From Gemmatimonadales bacterium (GTDB taxonomy: Bacteria; Gemmatimonadota; Gemmatimonadetes; Gemmatimonadales; GWC2-71-9), in contig DASPFU010000068.1 of the NCBI GenBank assembly GCA_035620935.1, positions 1 to 32,048 of the forward strand: DNA of 32,048 nucleotides. The letters are read 5' to 3'. Below are positions 27,325 to 32,048 of the stretch, piece after piece. The notes beneath the pieces were generated by a model. It was not told where the DNA came from. It saw only the letters and a list, made by a program, of their open reading frames with translations, and searched no databases. Both the position numbers and the translations under genes were made by a program. Positions within the stretch are counted from its first letter, which is position 1, and every line of letters starts with the position of its first letter.

Positions 27325-28067
27325 CAATGGGGAATGTGGAATGGCGAGTGCGGAATATAAGTGCCCGCGTCCGAGCAGACGCTCAGCGCACGTCGCATGA
27401 CCGGACCTCCCATTCCACATTCCGCATTCCGCATTTCGCAGTCCTGGTCGCCCTCCTCCCCACCGCCCCGGCCACCCAGGACCCCTGGCCCGTGCTCGAC
27501 CGCGCCAGCGCCACCTACGCCGCGATCACGACGCTCACCGCGGACTTCATGCAGGTCGTGGACAACCCGCTGATCGGCGCGCCCGACACCACCCGGGGGC
27601 GCCTGTTCCTCGAGCGCCCCGGCCGCTTCGCCATGCGGTTCACCGATCCGCAGGGCGACCGCCTCGTGGCGGACGGCCGCTATCTCTGGCTCTACACGCC
27701 GAGCACGACGCCGAACCAGGTGATCCGCACGCGCATCCCCGCCACGGGCGGGGTCACGCCCAACCTGATCGGTCAGTTCGTGGACCGGCCGCGGGAGCGC
27801 TACCGGGCACGGTGGGTGAAGGCGGATTCGTCCGCCGGCGGCCCGGCGGACGTCGTCGCCCTCACGCCGCTCGACGCGGCGGCGGGCTATCGCGAGGCCG
27901 CGATCTGGGTGGGTCGGGCGGACGGGGTGGTGCGGCGCGTCGAGATCGTGGAAGCCTCGGGACAGCGCCGTGTGGTGGCGCTGCACGGGCTCGAGTCCAA
28001 CACCGCCATCGCGGCGCGCGAGCTGCGGTTCACGCCTCCGGCGGGAGCCCGAGTGGTCGATCAGTAG
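27321..28067 (+). CDS. LolA-like outer-membrane lipoprotein carrier family protein (start uncertain: ATG 27321/27327 or GTG 27336/27348)
   Basis: [36 protein letters not shown] and the ending [14 protein letters not shown] are LolA-like. The h-region is [13 protein letters not shown]. All in-frame start candidates lie in or next to the inverted repeat. Confidence 0.65.
   Translation: MTMGNVEWRVRNISARVRADAQRTSHDRTSHSTFRIPHFAVLVALLPTAPATQDPWPVLDRASATYAAITTLTADFMQVVDNPLIGAPDTTRGRLFLERPGRFAMRFTDPQGDRLVADGRYLWLYTPSTTPNQVIRTRIPATGGVTPNLIGQFVDRPRERYRARWVKADSSAGGPADVVALTPLDAAAGYREAAIWVGRADGVVRRVEIVEASGQRRVVALHGLESNTAIAARELRFTPPAGARVVDQ
27331..27423. repeat. Perfect 14-bp inverted repeat GGAATGTGGAATGG ... 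CCATTCCACATTCC separated by 65 bp, with extra GGAAT/ATTCC copies
   Basis: Read directly from the sequence. Left arm 27331-27344, right arm 27410-27423. Additional copies are GCGGAAT (27350-27356) and ATTCCGC (27427-27433). The region is locally lower in GC than its flanks. Confidence 0.75.
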
Positions 28068-28923
28068 CCAGGGCCGCGGCCACCCGCTCGGCTGTCGCGT
28101 CGTCCATCCCCCGCTTCTGCGCCAGCTCGAGCGCGGCGCGCCCCAACGCCCGATAGAGGATGGCGTCGTCCGCCGTCAGCGCCTCGAGATGGCGCGCGAT
28201 CGTGGCCACGTCCCCGCGTGCCACGGGCCCCGTGAGGGCCCCCGCCGGGCCGCCTCGCTCCATGTTCTCGAGCGTGCCTCGCACCAGCGGCCGTAGCGCC
28301 TCCCAGGCCTCGCCATCCGCGAGGCCGGCGTGGCGCAGCAGGCGCTGCGCCACTGCCTCCACCACGACGAAGTAGTTCGACGCGAACACCGCCCCGGCGT
28401 GGTACACCGCCTTGAACCGGGGCGAAACCCGGAAGGGGCGGAGGCCGACCGCCCGCGCGATGGCCTCGGCGGCTTCCATCGCCCGCGGCATGCCTTCGAC
28501 CGCCGCCCACGCGCCCGGCAGGCGCCCCGGGGCCTGCTCGGCGTCCGCGATCGTCTGCAGGGGGTGCATGGAGCCGAGCGCCGCGCCGGTCGATACCAGG
28601 GGCGCCAGCACGTCCTGGCCCAGGACGCCGGACAGATGGAGGATGGTGTGGGACTCGCCGATCAGGCCTGACGCCGCGAGTGACTGCGCGAGCGGCCGGA
28701 TCGCGTCATCCTTCACGGCGAGCAGGACGACGGTGGCCTGCCCGATCCACGGCGGCGGCGTGCCGTCGGCGGCGACGGTGAGCGTGAGCGGGGCGGGCAC
28801 CGGCCGGACCCGGCGCCCGTGGAGCAGGACCCGGTGACCCGCGCGGGTGAGCGCGAGCGCCAGCCCCGCGCCCGCCCGCCCCGGTCCGATGACGCCGACG
28901 GTGGCCCGCGCCGGCTCCGTCAC
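28030..28923 (-). CDS. Rossmann-fold / DUF2520 domain protein (ProC-like oxidoreductase family)
   Basis: GTG at 28923. VGVIGPGRAGAGLALAL, HPLQTIAD, YHAGAVFASNY, ALTGPVARGDVATIARHLEAL. Confidence 0.8.
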   Translation of the reverse strand: MTEPARATVGVIGPGRAGAGLALALTRAGHRVLLHGRRVRPVPAPLTLTVAADGTPPPWIGQATVVLLAVKDDAIRPLAQSLAASGLIGESHTILHLSGVLGQDVLAPLVSTGAALGSMHPLQTIADAEQAPGRLPGAWAAVEGMPRAMEAAEAIARAVGLRPFRVSPRFKAVYHAGAVFASNYFVVVEAVAQRLLRHAGLADGEAWEALRPLVRGTLENMERGGPAGALTGPVARGDVATIARHLEALTADDAILYRALGRAALELAQKRGMDDATAERVAAALATDRPLGLPPEA

Positions 28924-28931
28924 CGCCCCCG

Positions 28932-30545
28932 TCAGTTGCGCAGCGTCGAGCCGCCGCCGGCCAGCGTGAACAGCTCCTGCGGCGTGCGGGCCCGGCGCGC
29001 GATGCGCAACGCCTCCTGGATCTGCCGGTCGTCGCCCATGCGGCGGCGGAACTCCGCGTCGCGGCCGAAGACGTAGCGCGAGGCCTCGTAGCCCAGGTCC
29101 TGGGCGATGAGGGTCCGCGCTCCGGCCACCGCCTCGGGGTCGATCGCGACGTCCTTGGCAGCCAGGCGGCGCAGCACCTCGTCCACCATCGGCGTGCCGA
29201 CGGCGAAGGACGGATCGGTGAGCCCGCCCCGCGCCTTGAGCTCGAGGGCATAGGTCGAGATCACGTCGCGGTACACCGGGATCTTGCCGCCGAGTCCCCG
29301 CACGAACGCCCGCTCGCCCGCGGTCAGCGTGTCGGCGACGACCAGCAGGTCCGGCCGGATGCCGCCGCCGCCGTAGACCGTCCGCCCGGCCGTGGTGCGG
29401 AAGGTCTCGGTCGAGTCGACGGCGGTGGTGTCCTGCCCCCGCGCCGCCGCGATCACCTGCGCATCGTGCTCGTCCTCGCTCTCGAAGCGACGCTGGATGG
29501 TGCGTCCGCTCGGCGTGAACCACCGCGCCGTGGTCAGCTTGAGGCCCGTCTCCGGGGTCAGGCGCCAGAACGACTGCACCAGACCCTTCCCGAAGGTCGG
29601 AGTGCCGACCACCAGCGCGCGATCGTGGTCCTGCAACGCGCCCGCGATGATCTCCGCGGCGCTCGCCGACCCCGCGTTCACCAGCACCACGATCGGCAGG
29701 TTGGCCCAGCGCTGGGGTTGCTTGTCGAAGTGGGACTCGTTGGCCCCCGGGGCACGCCCGCGTGTCGCCACGATCTCCGCGCCGCGCTCGAGGAACAGGT
29801 CCGACACGGCGACGCCCTGATCGAGCAGGCCGCCCGGGTTGCCGCGCAGATCGAAGATCAGCGCCTTCAACCCCTGGCCCTGCATCCGGACGATCGCTTC
29901 CGACACTTCCTGCGCCGACGAGCTCGCGACCGGGCTGAGGGACACGTAGCCCACGCCGCCATCCAGCATCATCGCCACCTGCACCGAACGCACATGGATC
30001 GTGGCACGCGTCAGCGTGAACTGGAGCGGCTCTTCCACGCCCACCCGGCGGACCGTGAGGGCGACATCGGTGCCCGGCGAGCCCCGCAGCTCCCGCACCG
30101 CCTGGTCGCTCTTGTAGCCTTGCGTCGACCGGCCGTCGATCTCCACGATCTGGTCCCCGGTCTGCACGCCCGCCCGCTCGGCGGGCGTGTCCGGCAGCGG
30201 AGCGACCACGGTGATCCAGCCGTCCCGCACGTCGATCTGGATACCCAGCCCGCCGTAGTTGCCCGTGGTCTGCTCGGAAAGCGAGCGGAAGTCGTCGGGC
30301 TTGAGGAACTCGGAGTACGGGTCCTGCAGCTGGCCCAGCAGCCCGTCGATCGCCATCTGGTAGAGCTGACGCTCGTCGAGCGAGTCCACGTAGTAGTCCG
30401 CGACGTGCGCCAGGACCTCGTCGAACAGGCGGGCCTGCTGGTACACGGAACCGGCGGCCGGCTCGCCGCGCTGCAGCAACCAGCCCCCCGACGCCAGCGC
30501 GACCGCCGCCAGCCCGGCCACCACCAGGATCCGCTTGCGAGTCAT
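28932..30545 (-). CDS. S41 family carboxyl-terminal processing peptidase
   Basis: The ATG at 30545 overlaps the tmk stop. There is a TM/signal anchor. PDZ region (GGLGIQI...GDQIVEIDG). Motifs: FDLRGNPGG, catalytic Ser in NAGSASAAEI, Lys in TFGKG. Confidence 0.9.
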   Translation of the reverse strand: MTRKRILVVAGLAAVALASGGWLLQRGEPAAGSVYQQARLFDEVLAHVADYYVDSLDERQLYQMAIDGLLGQLQDPYSEFLKPDDFRSLSEQTTGNYGGLGIQIDVRDGWITVVAPLPDTPAERAGVQTGDQIVEIDGRSTQGYKSDQAVRELRGSPGTDVALTVRRVGVEEPLQFTLTRATIHVRSVQVAMMLDGGVGYVSLSPVASSSAQEVSEAIVRMQGQGLKALIFDLRGNPGGLLDQGVAVSDLFLERGAEIVATRGRAPGANESHFDKQPQRWANLPIVVLVNAGSASAAEIIAGALQDHDRALVVGTPTFGKGLVQSFWRLTPETGLKLTTARWFTPSGRTIQRRFESEDEHDAQVIAAARGQDTTAVDSTETFRTTAGRTVYGGGGIRPDLLVVADTLTAGERAFVRGLGGKIPVYRDVISTYALELKARGGLTDPSFAVGTPMVDEVLRRLAAKDVAIDPEAVAGARTLIAQDLGYEASRYVFGRDAEFRRRMGDDRQIQEALRIARRARTPQELFTLAGGGSTLRN

Positions 30546-31174
30546 GCGATGCCCCTCGATGAGAGAGCCGTAACCGCCGCGAGCTCCCGCCACGCGGCTT
30601 CCTGTACCGCCGCCCTGGGCTGCGCGGCGTCGATGTGCACCACGCCCGCGCCCCGTGCTGCAACATACGCGGTCCGCACCCGTTCGTGAAACGCGTCGTC
30701 AGCGCTCTCGAACCGGTCCTGGATCTTGCCCGCCCGCCGCTGCCGCTCGCGGCCCACCGCGACGGGCACGTCCAGCACCAGGGTCAGGTCGGGTTCGACC
30801 CCCTCCGTGGCCAGGCGCAGGGCGGCCGCGACCTCGGCCTGCGGCAACCCCCGGCCCGCTACCTGATAGCACAGCGTCGACAGGCCGAAGCGATCCGCCA
30901 GGACGATGTCCCCCGCGTCCAGTGCCGGCCGGATCACCCGGGCCACCAGGTCGGCCCGCGCCGCCAGGATCAGGAACAGCTCGGCGGCCGGTCCCAGCTC
31001 GTGGCGCGACTTGAGCGCGATCTTGCGCGCCGCCTCGGCGACCGGCGTGCCCCCGGGCTCCCGCACCGCGACCACCGTACGCCCCTCGGCGAGGAGCCGG
31101 GCGGCCAGCCAGCGCGCAAGCGTACTCTTCCCCGCCCCGTCGGGCCCTTCCACGACGATGAAGATGCCGGGCAC
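30542..31174 (-). CDS. tmk: dTMP (thymidylate) kinase
   Basis: GTG start. P-loop VVEGPDGAGKST, REPGGT, ADRF. Confidence 0.9.
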   Translation of the reverse strand: MPGIFIVVEGPDGAGKSTLARWLAARLLAEGRTVVAVREPGGTPVAEAARKIALKSRHELGPAAELFLILAARADLVARVIRPALDAGDIVLADRFGLSTLCYQVAGRGLPQAEVAAALRLATEGVEPDLTLVLDVPVAVGRERQRRAGKIQDRFESADDAFHERVRTAYVAARGAGVVHIDAAQPRAAVQEAAWRELAAVTALSSRGIA

Positions 31175-31178
31175 CGCG

Positions 31179-31532
31179 TCAGCTCAGCGTGATGATCGGA
31201 CTCGCGGCACCCTTCTGGATGCCCTCGTAGATCCGCTCGTTCACACGGGCCATCAGTTTCTCGAAGTTGGCCTGGGCGGCCACTACCGACTGATACACCG
31301 GATGGCCCTGAATGCTCGCCGCCGCCTGCTCGTACTGCTCGATCTCCTCCCGTGCCGGCTGGCGGCCCGAGCGGGCAGCCCGATCCAGCTCGACGGCGAG
31401 CCGTTCGACCTCGGCCAGCTGACGCTGGGCCTCGGTGTCCTCGCGCAGCCGGTCCCCCGCGCGCCGCAGTGCCTTGTACTCGTCCGTCTGGCCGAGCAAC
31501 CGGCCCAGCTCGATCGCCTTGTCGTCGATCAC
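31179..31532 (-). CDS. YlbF/YmcA-family (Com_YlbF-like) small helical protein
   Basis: The GTG at 31532 overlaps the prmC stop. It is a 117-aa helical protein with IELGRLLGQTDEYKALRRA...EAQRQL...HPVYQSVVAAQANFEKLM, the pattern typical of the family. Confidence 0.65.
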   Translation of the reverse strand: MIDDKAIELGRLLGQTDEYKALRRAGDRLREDTEAQRQLAEVERLAVELDRAARSGRQPAREEIEQYEQAAASIQGHPVYQSVVAAQANFEKLMARVNERIYEGIQKGAASPIITLS

Positions 31533-32048
31533 GGGTGCGTCTCCATGGACGCCACGGCGTACCGCGGCCGTCCGAACAGGTCATCGTGAAGGGCGACGCG
31601 CCGCCAGCCCGCGGCTCCCGCCAGTTCCCGTACGGCCTCCGCCCGCCGCTCGTCGATCTCGAGGGCGAGCACGCCCCCGGGTGCGAGGCACCGGGCGGCG
31701 CCCGCCAGGATCGCGCGGGTCGCGTCCAGGCCGTCTGGCCCGCTCGCCAATGCGGCCCGCGGCTCGTATTCGCGCACGCTCGGGTCCAGCGCGCCCCACT
31801 CGTCCTCGGTGAGATATGGCGGATTCGCCAGGATGACGCGGTAACGCGCGTCACCCAGCGGCCCGAGCCAGTCGCCCTCGCGGACCTCCACCGGCGTCGG
31901 GGGTGCCACCCGCGTCACGTTCTCGCGGGCGAGCGCGGCCGCCGCCGCATCCCGCTCCACGGCCACCACCAGGCCGAAATCCCCCTCCACGGCCAGTGCC
32001 AGGGCGAGGCACCCAGTTCCCGTGCCGAGGTCGGCCGCGATGCCCCCC
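31529..32048 (-). CDS. prmC: Release-factor glutamine N5-methyltransferase, 5' end outside the window
   Basis: The SAM motif DLGTGTG sits at the window edge. Also ILANPPY (NPPY) and EPRAALASGPDGL. Confidence 0.85.
   Translation of the reverse strand, partial: GGIAADLGTGTGCLALALAVEGDFGLVVAVERDAAAAALARENVTRVAPPTPVEVREGDWLGPLGDARYRVILANPPYLTEDEWGALDPSVREYEPRAALASGPDGLDATRAILAGAARCLAPGGVLALEIDERRAEAVRELAGAAGWRRVALHDDLFGRPRYAVASMETHP

Noticed and set aside
28030-30666. An 878-aa minus-strand ORF spanning the DUF2520 gene and the S41 protease region
   Set aside because: Only the last 297 codons (from GTG 28923) look like a real protein. The upstream part is an alternative frame of the S41 protease gene with junk composition.
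1-32048. A search for CRISPR arrays, transposases or IS elements, integrases, toxin-antitoxin pairs, restriction-modification or other defence genes, and rRNA, tmRNA or SRP RNA
   Set aside because: By eye there are no regularly spaced repeats and no proteins with the relevant motifs among the ORFs. The only RNA gene I could fold is tRNA-Gln. A covariance-model scan would be needed to exclude small ncRNAs.

Overview
This is a very GC-rich (judged by eye, not computed), densely coding bacterial chromosomal window made up mostly of housekeeping genes.

Gene order, plus strand unless marked:
- partial DUF1211-like membrane protein
- phytase-like secreted protein
- small Met-rich secreted protein (minus)
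- tRNA-Gln(UUG)
- frameshifted lipoprotein gene
- nucleotidyltransferase plus TagF-like glycerophosphotransferase pair
- Spy/CpxP-like periplasmic protein (minus)
- prs, rplY(ctc), pth
- Ala-rich polytopic membrane protein
- heavily decayed ychF remnant
- rpsF, rpsR, DUF2232, rplI
- Dak2/DegV fusion
- rsfS
- ~1100-aa peptidase-MA / TolB-propeller / Omp85-barrel protein
- two SPOR-domain proteins
- smc
- S8 peptidase with a Por-type C-terminal domain
- MBL-fold hydrolase
- DAHP synthase
- LolA-like protein

The 3' end carries a minus-strand operon: prmC (partial), ylbF-like, tmk, S41 protease, DUF2520.

Many neighbouring genes overlap by 4 nt (GTGA/ATGA), which implies long translationally coupled operons. 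The gene content is compatible with Gemmatimonadota or a related FCB-group diderm; this is inference only.

I found no CRISPR array, transposase, integrase, or recognisable defence or toxin-antitoxin module. I do not think the window holds a clear-cut novel system.

The items most worth a second look are:
- the multi-lesion ychF remnant
- the G-quadruplex motif, -10 box and hairpin upstream of rpsF
- the protease-propeller-barrel fusion protein
- the SPOR / degenerate-P-loop pair coupled to smc
- a lower-GC inverted repeat at the aroF/lolA-like junction
- apparent CTG starts for pth and ychF

All family assignments come from motif recognition by eye and memory, not from database searches.
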